Below the pieces are notes generated by a model that saw only the letters and a program-made list of their open reading frames with translations, was not told where the DNA came from and ran no database searches. 64,000 nt of DNA from an uncultured Flavobacteriaceae bacterium (GTDB lineage: Bacteria > Bacteroidota > Bacteroidia > Flavobacteriales > Flavobacteriaceae), in NCBI GenBank assembly GCA_938082715.1, contig CALKCR010000023.1:33204-97203 (forward strand), read 5' to 3'. Of the stretch, positions 11,679 through 21,179 are shown one piece after another. Numbering within the stretch: the first letter of the stretch is position 1; every line of letters starts with the position of its first letter. Both the position numbers and the translations under genes were made by a program.

Positions 11679-13668
11679 ATTGCAGTCGGTTCTGCAAAGA
11701 TTTGATCTCGTCTCTAAGTCTTGCAGCCTCAATAAAGTCCAATTCTTTGGCGGCAGCTTCCATAGCCTTTCTGGATTCGCGGATTTTCTTTTCTACTTCC
11801 TCTTTACTCAAATAGCGGTTTTTGGCTTCGACTGCTTTTCGATCACTCAATTCCTGAGCATAGGTGGCAACCGAATTTTTGGACAAAGCATTGTCCAATG
11901 ACTTATTTAGGGCGGTGGGTGTGATCTTGTTTTTAAGGTTATAGGTCTGTTGTTTGTCCCTGCGGTAAAGGGTTTCATCGATTGTTTTTTGCATACTTTT
12001 GGTGATGTTATCGGCATACATGATGGCCTTTCCATTGACATTTCGCGCTGCCCGACCTACGGTTTGTGTCAAAGAACGGTGACTTCTTAAAAAACCTTCT
12101 TTGTCTGCATCCAAAATGGCCACCAAAGATACTTCCGGTAGGTCCAATCCCTCCCTCAATAGGTTGACTCCAACCAATACGTCAAATAACCCTTTACGCA
12201 GGTCTTGCATGATCTCTACCCGTTCCAAGGTGTCCACATCACTGTGGATGTATCGACAACGGATGTTGACCCGTGCAAAATATTTGGTCAATTCCTCTGC
12301 CATTCTTTTGGTCAGTGTGGTCACCAGTGTCCGCTCGTCTTTTTCTACCCTGACTTGTATTTCCTCTATCAGATCGTCGATTTGATTCAAACTGGGTCTG
12401 ATCTCTATTTCCGGATCCAGCAATCCGGTGGGTCGAATGATCTGTTCCACATATACCCCTTCGGTTTGTTTGAGTTCATAGTCTGCCGGAGTCGCACTCA
12501 CATAGAGTACTTGATTTTGCAAGGCTTCAAATTCTTCAAATTTCAAGGGTCGGTTGTCCATGGCAGCAGGCAATCGGAAGCCGTAATTGACGAGGTTTTC
12601 CTTTCGACTTCGGTCGCCTCCATACATGGCATGTACCTGTGAAATGGTTACATGGCTTTCGTCCACTACCATCAAATAATCGTCCGGAAAATAATCCAGT
12701 AAACAAAAAGGCCGGGTTCCGGGTTCTCTACCGTCTAAATAGCGGGAATAATTCTCAATTCCCGAACAATAGCCCAATTCACGGATCATCTCCAGGTCAA
12801 ACTCGGTGCGTTCATGCAATCGCTTGGCTTCCAAAAAACTACCGTTGGCATTGAAATAGTCTACCTGTTTTACTAAGTCATCTTGAATTTGCGTGATGGC
12901 GTTCTGTAGAATGTCGGGAGAGGTAACAAACATATTGGCGGGAAAAAGGGTCACCCGATCAAATTTTTCCAAAAGTTGGTTTTCTATGGGGTCAAAAGAT
13001 TCAATTTCTTCAATTTCATCGCCAAAAAAATGGATTTTAAAGGCCATGTCTGCATAGCCAGGAAAGATGTCAATGATGTCACCGTTGACCCTAAAGTTTC
13101 CTCGGTTAAACTCTCCTGTTGTCCGTGAATAAAGGCTTTGTACCAATCGATGCAAGAGTTGGGTTCTCGAAATTACTTCCCCTTTTTCGACAGCAATGAC
13201 ATTTTTCTGAAACTCAACCGGATTCCCAATACCGTAGAGACAAGAGACAGAGGCGACTACCAAAACATCCCTTCTTCCGGAGAGTAGGGAGGAAGTGGTA
13301 CTCAAACGCAGCTTTTCAATTTCTTCATTGATGGACAGGTCTTTTTCAATATACAAGCCACTGGTTGGGATATAGGCTTCTGGTTGGTAGTAATCATAAT
13401 AGGAAACAAAATACTCAACGGCATTGTTGGGAAAAAACTGTTTGAACTCGGAATAGAGCTGAGCGGCCAGGGTTTTGTTGTGGGCCAAGACCAATGTAGG
13501 ACGTTGTAATTCCTGCACTGCATTGGCCACTGTAAAGGTTTTACCGGAGCCGGTAACCCCTTGCAAGGTGACGTATTTTTCCCGTTGGGAAAAACCCGTG
13601 GCGATCTGACGGATGGCTTCCGGTTGGTCTCCGGTGGGTGAAAAGGGGGACTCCAATTTGAATTCCAT
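11677..13668 (-). CDS. uvrB: Excinuclease ABC subunit B
   Basis: Walker A GVTGSGKTF, VVDESH box, helicase C domain, C-terminal UVR motif ELDFIEAARLRDEI; 663 aa. Confidence 0.95.
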   Translation of the reverse strand: MEFKLESPFSPTGDQPEAIRQIATGFSQREKYVTLQGVTGSGKTFTVANAVQELQRPTLVLAHNKTLAAQLYSEFKQFFPNNAVEYFVSYYDYYQPEAYIPTSGLYIEKDLSINEEIEKLRLSTTSSLLSGRRDVLVVASVSCLYGIGNPVEFQKNVIAVEKGEVISRTQLLHRLVQSLYSRTTGEFNRGNFRVNGDIIDIFPGYADMAFKIHFFGDEIEEIESFDPIENQLLEKFDRVTLFPANMFVTSPDILQNAITQIQDDLVKQVDYFNANGSFLEAKRLHERTEFDLEMIRELGYCSGIENYSRYLDGREPGTRPFCLLDYFPDDYLMVVDESHVTISQVHAMYGGDRSRKENLVNYGFRLPAAMDNRPLKFEEFEALQNQVLYVSATPADYELKQTEGVYVEQIIRPTGLLDPEIEIRPSLNQIDDLIEEIQVRVEKDERTLVTTLTKRMAEELTKYFARVNIRCRYIHSDVDTLERVEIMQDLRKGLFDVLVGVNLLREGLDLPEVSLVAILDADKEGFLRSHRSLTQTVGRAARNVNGKAIMYADNITKSMQKTIDETLYRRDKQQTYNLKNKITPTALNKSLDNALSKNSVATYAQELSDRKAVEAKNRYLSKEEVEKKIRESRKAMEAAAKELDFIEAARLRDEIKSLQNRLQ

Positions 13669-13672
13669 TTTG

Positions 13673-13704
13673 CAAAATTAAAGCTTAAATCACCGTTCCC
13701 CAAT
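13673..13704 (-). promoter_or_regulatory. Candidate Bacteroidota sigma-A promoter for uvrB
   Basis: On the minus strand: aTTG-N20-TAATTTTG, with the final G only 4 nt before the uvrB ATG. Confidence 0.45.
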
Positions 13705-13784
13705 TTTATACCATTGTTTTACCTTATTAAGCGATTATAGAAACACAATGCGGAAAAAGAGCTATTTTTGGAAAAAACAGTAGA

Positions 13785-14846
13785 GTGGAGGAGAAATTGA
13801 TTTCCAAAAAAAAGCCTTTTTTTCCCATATCCGACGATTTGATGCATTTTTTAAAAAAGTACGATCGTTGGATGGAGTCTTCGATCTTTTATGAGGACTT
13901 GTTGCGATTTTCTGGCTCCGTGATCGTTTATGACAAATATGATCAGGATACCCTATGGGTAAGGGTTTACTATTCCGATTCTGATCGGGAGGAAATAGAT
14001 CACGCTCTAAAAACGATTTACACCCAACTGCATTCCGATGGTGGAGACTCCTCTTTACCGGATCTGAATATTGACGCCATAGAATACTGTACCTTTGGCA
14101 ATTCAAAACCTTTTCGGATTAAAATTCGAAATGTTCTGAACGATAACTTTACCTATTTCTATGTAAAGAAAACCGATGCTTCTCGGGTGTACGGCTTGGA
14201 GTTTGAACATACCCTTTCGCCCTACAACCTCAATTATATGGTCAATCACGATACTTTGATCGAGGAACATATTGCAGGCATTCCTGGGGATGTATTTATC
14301 AAGGAGTACCTACCCCATTGTAGCGCAGCTGAAAAAGCACAAATTGCCAAAGAGTACGTCAAGTTCAATGAGCGATGTATGGTACGCTTGCTGGGAGATA
14401 TGCGGGCCTACAATTACGTGGTGATCCCCATTCACGATTTCGATCATGTGATCTACAAGATCAGGGCCATAGATTTTGACCAACAATGCTTTGAGGGGAA
14501 ACTTTCAGTCTATCGTCCCCAATTCTTTAAGGAGAATTATCCATTGATGTTGGTGGTCAAGGAAAAGCTGAATCATGAGTCGATCATCCAATACAAAATT
14601 GAGGAACGTTCCATCGTTTCGCGCCGATTGATCAATTCGGGCAATCGAATTGATTTTTTGGTGAACATCATGAAGAAAGATCGTTTGTCCATTCCGGAAA
14701 ATCTCGAAAAACTCAAAAATGAAATTTTTGTTTTTACCAAAGACGATGCCTTTACAAAAAGTAAATCCATGGGGGAGTTGATGCAGGCCTCATTTGATTA
14801 TATGCGAAGGAACTACCAGAATGTCAGTTTGGGAGACTTGCTCTAA
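13785..14846 (+). CDS. Conserved hypothetical protein with a protein-kinase-like / aminoglycoside-phosphotransferase-like motif pattern
   Basis: Long ORF with normal composition. It has YFYVKK, LLGDMRAYNYVV (D-x4-N) and IRAIDFDQ (DFD). The GTG start at 13785 is uncertain, and ATG 13842 is an alternative. Confidence 0.5.
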   Translation: MEEKLISKKKPFFPISDDLMHFLKKYDRWMESSIFYEDLLRFSGSVIVYDKYDQDTLWVRVYYSDSDREEIDHALKTIYTQLHSDGGDSSLPDLNIDAIEYCTFGNSKPFRIKIRNVLNDNFTYFYVKKTDASRVYGLEFEHTLSPYNLNYMVNHDTLIEEHIAGIPGDVFIKEYLPHCSAAEKAQIAKEYVKFNERCMVRLLGDMRAYNYVVIPIHDFDHVIYKIRAIDFDQQCFEGKLSVYRPQFFKENYPLMLVVKEKLNHESIIQYKIEERSIVSRRLINSGNRIDFLVNIMKKDRLSIPENLEKLKNEIFVFTKDDAFTKSKSMGELMQASFDYMRRNYQNVSLGDLL

Positions 14847-15337
14847 TAAAATTGATCCCCGTCAAACTCATCTTCTTCTAAGTCATCCTCCTGATCAATT
14901 AGATTTTCATCAAAGCCTTCCTGGGCTACAAAATCTTTATGGGGAGGGGTTTCGGGTACTTCACCATGGGAAAAAATCAGACTGGGATAACCTTTGAGGT
15001 GGTCTTTTTCGGCCGTTTCCATCAATTCGACGAAAAACGTCCAGAGGCTGAGGAAATCGTAAACGTAGATCAGGCGGTTTTCATTTTCCGATAAAACTTT
15101 GTTGAGGGGTTTTTCATTGAGGGGCTTTTCCCCTACCCCCATATCGACCAAAGGCAGTTCCTCCCCCTGTGCCCAATTTTTGTCGGAACGGTAAAAGGAG
15201 GCCATTTCGTTTCCGGCAAAACCAAAGGACTGTGAGACCGCATCGTGCAGCTCTTCTAGTGTCGCGGTGGCTTTAATTTCAAAATCTCGGATCACATCGG
15301 TTTCGGTGTCTAAAATTGCTCGCATTCTATAGATCAT
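14843..15337 (-). CDS. pRiA4b ORF-3-like family protein with an acidic C-terminal tail
   Basis: The N-terminal segment IRDFEIKATATLEELHDAVSQSFGFAGNEMASFY resembles the PRiA4_ORF3 domain. The start could be ATG 15325 (MRAILD...). Confidence 0.5.
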   Translation of the reverse strand: MIYRMRAILDTETDVIRDFEIKATATLEELHDAVSQSFGFAGNEMASFYRSDKNWAQGEELPLVDMGVGEKPLNEKPLNKVLSENENRLIYVYDFLSLWTFFVELMETAEKDHLKGYPSLIFSHGEVPETPPHKDFVAQEGFDENLIDQEDDLEEDEFDGDQFY

Positions 15338-16346
15338 AGGACTTTCTGTTTGACATCAATTGTAATATAAAAAAAGATTGTGCCCCGAAAAGTAGGGCTG
15401 CGATGATTAAATGTAAAGGTTGAGAGCTGAATGGGAAATCGAGATAAAACATTAATATGCCGGTAAATATCTCCAATCCGATCAATCCCAAAATTTGATT
15501 AAAGATTTTGACATTGCGTTTCATTTTTCGCAACATCCAAAAGATCATTAGGTGTACTCCCAAAACCAGCAATGATAAAGTTCTGTGAACATAAAATTTG
15601 ATGGGGGCAGGGTCGAGCCATTTTCTGGCGGGTTCATGCATTTGTAAATCGACAAATTGACGGACTTGGGTTCCCAGTCCAATTTGAAATAGGGTCAACA
15701 ACACGGCAAACCAAGCCCATGCTTTTAAAGCAGTATTTCCGGGAATGGAAAACGCCTTTCTTTGACCGGTAAAAAGTAAAAAGACCAGTCCCAGTAAGAT
15801 CAACAGGGCCATACCCATATGAAGACTGATACGATAAGGTGCCAGATTAGAATCAACAACAGTTTTTCCCAACCAGGCTTGGAATCCCATTCCCAAAAGA
15901 ATCAAAATGGAAACGATGGGATAGGTGATGTTTTTTTTCCAACTCCAAAAGGACAAAACCGTCATGATCAAAACTGCCAACCCGGCCAGGGCACCTAACA
16001 AGCGATTCAGATATTCAATCCAAGTGTGGTATGGATTAAACAGGGCATAGTCGTGCTGGGTGTAGAAGTCCCAATTTTCGTCTTTAAATGTAATAGAAGA
16101 CTTAAAGTCGCTATTGGCGACCCTGAGTTCCTTTTTCAGAATAATGACTTGTCCTTTGGTGTATTGATGATCGGGTTCCCAGTCCAGTTGAGTCCTTTCG
16201 GTTGGGGGAATCCAATAGCCAAAACATTTGGGCCAATCGGGGCAACCCATACCGCTTCCGGTCATTCTGACAATGGATCCGGCCGCAATGACCAAATAAA
16301 CCAAGATCAGACTGATCTTAACCGATCTTATAAAACTATTCTTCAT
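15327..16346 (-). CDS. ctaA: COX15/CtaA family heme A synthase
   Basis: Polytopic membrane protein with the GCPDWPKC motif and conserved His residues in the TM helices; 339 aa. Confidence 0.8.
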   Translation of the reverse strand: MKNSFIRSVKISLILVYLVIAAGSIVRMTGSGMGCPDWPKCFGYWIPPTERTQLDWEPDHQYTKGQVIILKKELRVANSDFKSSITFKDENWDFYTQHDYALFNPYHTWIEYLNRLLGALAGLAVLIMTVLSFWSWKKNITYPIVSILILLGMGFQAWLGKTVVDSNLAPYRISLHMGMALLILLGLVFLLFTGQRKAFSIPGNTALKAWAWFAVLLTLFQIGLGTQVRQFVDLQMHEPARKWLDPAPIKFYVHRTLSLLVLGVHLMIFWMLRKMKRNVKIFNQILGLIGLEIFTGILMFYLDFPFSSQPLHLIIAALLFGAQSFFILQLMSNRKSYDL

Positions 16347-17766
16347 GGGCTTCTAGTCCTATTTCTGTTCCCTTTTTTATCATCAAGCCAAAGGCAGCTT
16401 CGTATTCATTGGGAATCTCGCCTTCCAATATGGCTTCTTTGATGGCTTCTTTGATGAGTCCTATTTCTTTGCAAGGTCCTAAATTAAAATGATTCATGAT
16501 TATTTCTCCGGTTATAGGCGGTTGAAAATTTCTAACTCGGTCTCTTTCCTCGACTTCTTTGATTTTTTGCCTTACAAGCTTAAAATTATTGTGATAGCGT
16601 TTGAATCGTGCGGGGTTTTTGGTAGTAATATCAGCTTCGCAAAGGGTGATCAAATCTTCTAAAATTTCGCCTGCATCAAAGACCAATCGCCTTACGGCAG
16701 CATCGGTAACGATGTCTTCTGCAATGATAATGGGTCTGGAACTCATCATCACCAGTTTTTGAACGTATTTCATTTTTTCGTTCAGGGGCATTTTAAGACG
16801 TTTGAAGAGTTTATAGACCATTTTGGAGCCTACAAACTCGTGTCCGTGGAAGGTCCAGCCGATTTTTGGGTGGAATTTTTTGGTCGGGTCCTTCCCAATA
16901 TCATGTAACATTGCCGCCCAGCGGAGCCAAAGGTTCTCTGTATGATGGCAAATGTTGTCGACCACCTCTAGGGTGTGGTAGAAATTGTCTTTATGGCGTT
17001 GGCCTTCAATTTCATCTATTCCTTTGAGTTGGATCAGTTCAGGGAGTATGCGTTCTAACAGGCCATTTTGTTCCAGCATCAGAAATCCAAGGGAGGGTTC
17101 AGGTGTAAGGATTATTTTGTGCAGTTCCTCTACGATACGCTCTTTGGAGATGATCGCAATGCGATGGGCATTTTCTCGGATCGCTTTTAGGGATTGATCT
17201 TCAATTTTAAAATTTAACTGGGCTGCAAACCTTATAGCGCGGAGTATGCGCAGGGGGTCATCGGAATAGGTGATACCGGGTTCTAAAGGGGTTCTGATGA
17301 TGCCGTTTTGGAGGTCTTCCAAACCGTTAAAGGGATCGACCAGTATTCCTTTGTCTTTTGCATTCAGGCTTACGGCAAGGGCGTTGATGGTAAAATCTCT
17401 GCGGTTTTGGTCGTCCTCTAAAGTTCCTTGTGAGACTTTTGGATTTCTACTGTCTTTTGAATAGGATTCTTTTCTTGCGCCTACAAACTCCAGACTGATA
17501 TCCCGCCATTGTACCATGGCAGCGCCATAGGATTTAAAAACTTGTACGGGTTTTGCTCCAGGCAACTCTTTTTGAACGGCTTTGGCCAGTTCGATACCCG
17601 ACCCTACAGCTACGATGTCAATATCTTTGGCTTTTCCCCTGCCGAGCAAATGGTCACGTACAAAGCCCCCTACCAAGTAGCACTCCAAAGACAAATTGTC
17701 CACACAGCGGGCCAAGGTTTGAAACACTTCTTTTTCAAGAACAGTATGGAAGTCTTTGTTTATCAT
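16336..17766 (-). CDS. CCA-adding tRNA nucleotidyltransferase / poly(A) polymerase family protein with an HD domain
   Basis: GGFVRD...DIDIV nucleotidyltransferase head and an HD motif (MLHDIGK); 476 aa. Confidence 0.8.
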   Translation of the reverse strand: MINKDFHTVLEKEVFQTLARCVDNLSLECYLVGGFVRDHLLGRGKAKDIDIVAVGSGIELAKAVQKELPGAKPVQVFKSYGAAMVQWRDISLEFVGARKESYSKDSRNPKVSQGTLEDDQNRRDFTINALAVSLNAKDKGILVDPFNGLEDLQNGIIRTPLEPGITYSDDPLRILRAIRFAAQLNFKIEDQSLKAIRENAHRIAIISKERIVEELHKIILTPEPSLGFLMLEQNGLLERILPELIQLKGIDEIEGQRHKDNFYHTLEVVDNICHHTENLWLRWAAMLHDIGKDPTKKFHPKIGWTFHGHEFVGSKMVYKLFKRLKMPLNEKMKYVQKLVMMSSRPIIIAEDIVTDAAVRRLVFDAGEILEDLITLCEADITTKNPARFKRYHNNFKLVRQKIKEVEERDRVRNFQPPITGEIIMNHFNLGPCKEIGLIKEAIKEAILEGEIPNEYEAAFGLMIKKGTEIGLEAHEE

Positions 17767-17768
17767 GA

Positions 17769-18353
17769 TCAGGCCCTCAAAAGGGAGATTTTCCCTGAAG
17801 GTTCAATTTTTATGATTCGTGATGGCTGTGGGTTGACTTTGTCTGTGTCGGTCTCAATAATATGGTCAACTCCAATTAGAATTTCCTGGGAAATATCTGA
17901 GAATTTCTGAGGGTGTGGGGCGCCGCTGATGTTGGCAGATGTAGAAATCAAGGGTTTTCCAAACGCCTTGATCAAGGGGGTGCAAAAGTGATGGTTTACG
18001 ATTCTGATGGCTACCGTATTCTCCTGAGCAATAGCATTTGGTGCAATGCCTTTGGGATTTTGGTAAATCACAGAAGTTGGTCTTTGGTCATTGATATAAT
18101 GATCGAGTTTTTCGGGTAAATCATCGATGTGTTTTTGGAGCATCTCCAGATCAGCTACCATGCATACCATGGCTTTGCTATCGGGTCTTTTTTTTAAATC
18201 ATAGACTTTTTCCACCGCACCGGGGTTGGTGGCGTCACAGAGTATGCCCCATATTGTGTCGGTAGGGGCGAGGAGTAGCTTTCCGGCTTCCAGCATTTTG
18301 ATGATTTCTTCCATTGATGACACAAAAATAGGGCTTTCTCTCAGCTTGATCAA
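17769..18353 (-). CDS. tsaC: L-threonylcarbamoyladenylate synthase (YrdC/TsaC family)
   Basis: YrdC-domain motifs LLAPTDTIWGI and STSANISG. The true start may be the internal Met at 18314. Confidence 0.75.
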   Translation of the reverse strand: MIKLRESPIFVSSMEEIIKMLEAGKLLLAPTDTIWGILCDATNPGAVEKVYDLKKRPDSKAMVCMVADLEMLQKHIDDLPEKLDHYINDQRPTSVIYQNPKGIAPNAIAQENTVAIRIVNHHFCTPLIKAFGKPLISTSANISGAPHPQKFSDISQEILIGVDHIIETDTDKVNPQPSRIIKIEPSGKISLLRA

Positions 18354-18355
18354 TA

Positions 18356-19264
18356 TTAAAATTCCTTAGAAAACAATTCACGCCAAAAAGGGATTAAAAC
18401 TTTTAGGATTTCTCTTTTGGAGGAGTCGATATAACTAAACAAATACAATTCAACTGTCTTGTGGAATTTTAACCATCGGTGTGCCCATTTTTTATTATTT
18501 CCTAAAAAATGCTTTTCGTAATAAATGTGGGTGGATTTAATGACGGCTGCTTTGGTCTTAATTTTGGTTTTTAAATTACTTCTTGATGAAACCCCATGAG
18601 AGTGCAGGCATTCCCATTCGTTTAGTAGCACCCTACTAAGTTTTTTATCTGCAGCCGTTTTGGATAAATCTATGTCTTCGCAATACATCCAAAACCTATC
18701 GTCCCAACCCCCAATAAGATCAAAATCTTCCTTGCGCAGTAAAACAAAGGAACCAGAAATCCAATGCGGAAAGGCGATGGGGTTTTTGGCCATTGCCTTT
18801 TTGGTTTGGTCGGGATGCAAAATCAATCGTTCCAGAGATCGCAGTAGTCCCGCACTGTTCCACATATTGGGAAAAATACCATAGGGATGGGTATTTTTTC
18901 CACTTTCACTAAATTGTTTGATGGTGATCAAATGAAAGTCGGGATGTTGATCACAATAGGGGATCAAAGTCTGCAAACAGTCTTTGGGGAGTCGCGTATC
19001 GGGATTAAGAAACAACAGCCATCTGTTTGAGATATTTTGGGCTCCCAGATTACAGGCCGCAGCAAAACCTGCGTTGGTGTCATTTTTAATCCACTCTACC
19101 CAAGGGAATTTTTCCATAAAACTTTCGAGCACTCCATCATCGGAGCGATTGTCTACCACAATTACATTCTCTGCCTTTTCCCTTTGATGGTCAAGACTCA
19201 ATAAGCAGCCCTCCAGTTTAGACCAGGAACGGTAGTTGACAATAACAATAGAGAGATCTGGCAT
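18356..19264 (-). CDS. Family 2 glycosyltransferase
   Basis: LSIVIVNYRS, VVDNRSDDG, NPDT and CEDIDL motifs of GT-A fold GT2 enzymes. Confidence 0.8.
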   Translation of the reverse strand: MPDLSIVIVNYRSWSKLEGCLLSLDHQREKAENVIVVDNRSDDGVLESFMEKFPWVEWIKNDTNAGFAAACNLGAQNISNRWLLFLNPDTRLPKDCLQTLIPYCDQHPDFHLITIKQFSESGKNTHPYGIFPNMWNSAGLLRSLERLILHPDQTKKAMAKNPIAFPHWISGSFVLLRKEDFDLIGGWDDRFWMYCEDIDLSKTAADKKLSRVLLNEWECLHSHGVSSRSNLKTKIKTKAAVIKSTHIYYEKHFLGNNKKWAHRWLKFHKTVELYLFSYIDSSKREILKVLIPFWRELFSKEF

Positions 19265-19276
19265 ATCTTAAAGATC

Positions 19277-20083
19277 CTAAACGGCTACATCATTTTCTCT
19301 CAGTGCGTTGTTCAAGGAGGTTTTTTTATCGGTGCTTTCTTTTCTTTGACCAATGATCAAAGCACAAGGTACCTGATAGTCTCCTGCGGGAAAAGTTTTG
19401 GTGTAACTTCCTGGAATGACCACCGATCTTTCGGGAACCACTCCAAAGTATTCGACCGGGCTTTCACCCGAAACATCAATAACTTTGGTGGAGGCGGTGA
19501 TGACCACATTGGCACCCAATACAGCTTCTTTTCCAACTCTGGCTCCCTCTACCACGATACACCTTGATCCAATAAAGGCATTGTCCTCTACGATTACCGG
19601 TGCCGCCTGAAGGGGTTCCAAAACACCTCCGATACCCACACCACCACTGAGGTGTACATTTTTTCCGATTTGAGCACAACTGCCCACAGTGGCCCAGGTA
19701 TCCACCATGGTTCCTGCATCAACATAGGCACCGATATTCACATAGCTGGGCATGAGAATGACCCCACCGGAAATATAGGCTCCGTGTCGGGCAATGGCAT
19801 GAGGAACGACCCGAATTCCTTTTTCTTTATACCCTCTTTTTAGAGGCATTTTGTCGTGAAATTCCATGGGGCCAGCTTCCAAAGTCTCCATCTTTTGGAT
19901 GGGAAAGTAGAGCACTACTGTTTTTTTGACCCATTCGTTGACCTGCCAACCCCCATCGGTAGGACTGGCCACTCGCAATTTTCCGGTGTCTAATTGATTG
20001 ATGACTTCTCTTATGGCCTCCTGGGTTTCACTTTTTTCGAGTAGTGATCGATCTTCCCACGCGGACTCTATGATACTTTGCAT
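19277..20083 (-). CDS. dapD: 2,3,4,5-tetrahydropyridine-2,6-dicarboxylate N-succinyltransferase
   Basis: N-terminal helical domain plus left-handed beta-helix hexapeptide repeats; 268 aa, typical DapD length. Confidence 0.85.
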   Translation of the reverse strand: MQSIIESAWEDRSLLEKSETQEAIREVINQLDTGKLRVASPTDGGWQVNEWVKKTVVLYFPIQKMETLEAGPMEFHDKMPLKRGYKEKGIRVVPHAIARHGAYISGGVILMPSYVNIGAYVDAGTMVDTWATVGSCAQIGKNVHLSGGVGIGGVLEPLQAAPVIVEDNAFIGSRCIVVEGARVGKEAVLGANVVITASTKVIDVSGESPVEYFGVVPERSVVIPGSYTKTFPAGDYQVPCALIIGQRKESTDKKTSLNNALRENDVAV

Positions 20084-20096
20084 ATTATTTTTTTTT

Positions 20097-20104
20097 CAAA
20101 AATA
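20097..20104 (-). promoter_or_regulatory. Candidate -7 box (TATTTTTG) for dapD
   Basis: Exact TAnnTTTG on the minus strand, 13 nt before the dapD ATG. There is no convincing -33 element. Confidence 0.3.
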
Positions 20105-20150
20105 CTCAATTCAGTAGTTTTAATCGCCATAATTGTCTTCTCAAAAAAAG

Positions 20151-20158
20151 TATATTTG
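20151..20158 (+). promoter_or_regulatory. Candidate -7 box (TATATTTG) for the ruvX-def-DUF5606-mazG operon
   Basis: Exact TAnnTTTG 8 nt before the ruvX ATG. The only -33 candidate is a weak aTTG with short spacing. Confidence 0.35.
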
Positions 20159-20166
20159 CAAACACA

Positions 20167-20592
20167 ATGGGGGTCTTGATAGGAATTGATTTCGGAAAAA
20201 AACGAACGGGATTGGCACATACCGATTCCCGACAAATCATTGCCAGTGGATTGACCTCTGTAGCGACCCAAAACGCTCTTTCCTTCCTTGGTGATTATCA
20301 AAAAGAAACCCCAGTTGAAAAGTTTGTTGTTGGACAACCCAAACAGAAAGACGGTAACCAATCTGATGTAGAGAAGGACATCCTGCTTTTTATTCGTCAA
20401 TTAAAAAAGTCATTTCCAAAGGTGATGGTTGTCCGCCAAGACGAGCGATTTACATCCAAAATGGCTTTTAACAGTCTCATTCAAACAGGGGCGAAGAAGA
20501 AGACAAGAAAAGACAAGGGAGTTATTGACGAAATCAGTGCAACCTTAATTTTACAATCATATTTGACATCAAATTCTAAACCAGTATTATGA
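20167..20592 (+). CDS. ruvX: Holliday junction resolvase-like protein RuvX/YqgF
   Basis: GIDFGKKRTGLA N-terminal motif; 141 aa. Confidence 0.85.
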   Translation: MGVLIGIDFGKKRTGLAHTDSRQIIASGLTSVATQNALSFLGDYQKETPVEKFVVGQPKQKDGNQSDVEKDILLFIRQLKKSFPKVMVVRQDERFTSKMAFNSLIQTGAKKKTRKDKGVIDEISATLILQSYLTSNSKPVL

Positions 20593-21179
20593 TTTTACCG
20601 ATAGTGGCATATGGTTCTAATGTTTTAAAAGTAAAGGCTTCTGCTGTGGATGCCGAGGGTGCCAATTTGGAAAAGCTGATTGCCGATATGTGGGAAACTA
20701 TGTACAATGCAAATGGGGTAGGTCTGGCCGCTCCACAAATCGGAGAATCCATTCGACTTTTCGTGATTGATACCTCTCCCTTTGCTCAAGATGAGGAATT
20801 AAGTCCGGAGGAGGTTGAAATTTTAAAAGATTTTAAGCAGGTTTTTATCAATCCTACGATGATAGCCGAGACCGGTAAGGAATGGGAATTTACCGAGGGT
20901 TGTTTGAGTATCCCCAACATTAGAGAAGACGTTTCCCGTAAGGAGGAAATCATCATACAGTTTTTGGATGAACAATTAAAAGAACAAACGTTGACCTTGA
21001 ATGGTTTGGCCGCTCGAGTCATTCAACACGAATATGACCATATTGAGGGCATATTGTTTACCGATAAACTCAGTCCATTGAAAAAAAGATTATTAAAGGG
21101 TAAATTGAATAACATCAGTAAAGGCAATATAAATCCCGATTACAAAATGCGTTTTTCGGCCAAAAAAATAAGAAAATGA
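20589..21179 (+). CDS. def: Peptide deformylase
   Basis: All three deformylase motifs are present: GVGLAAPQIG, EGCLSIP and QHEYDHIEG. It has a 4-nt ATGA overlap with ruvX. Confidence 0.95.
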   Translation: MILPIVAYGSNVLKVKASAVDAEGANLEKLIADMWETMYNANGVGLAAPQIGESIRLFVIDTSPFAQDEELSPEEVEILKDFKQVFINPTMIAETGKEWEFTEGCLSIPNIREDVSRKEEIIIQFLDEQLKEQTLTLNGLAARVIQHEYDHIEGILFTDKLSPLKKRLLKGKLNNISKGNINPDYKMRFSAKKIRK

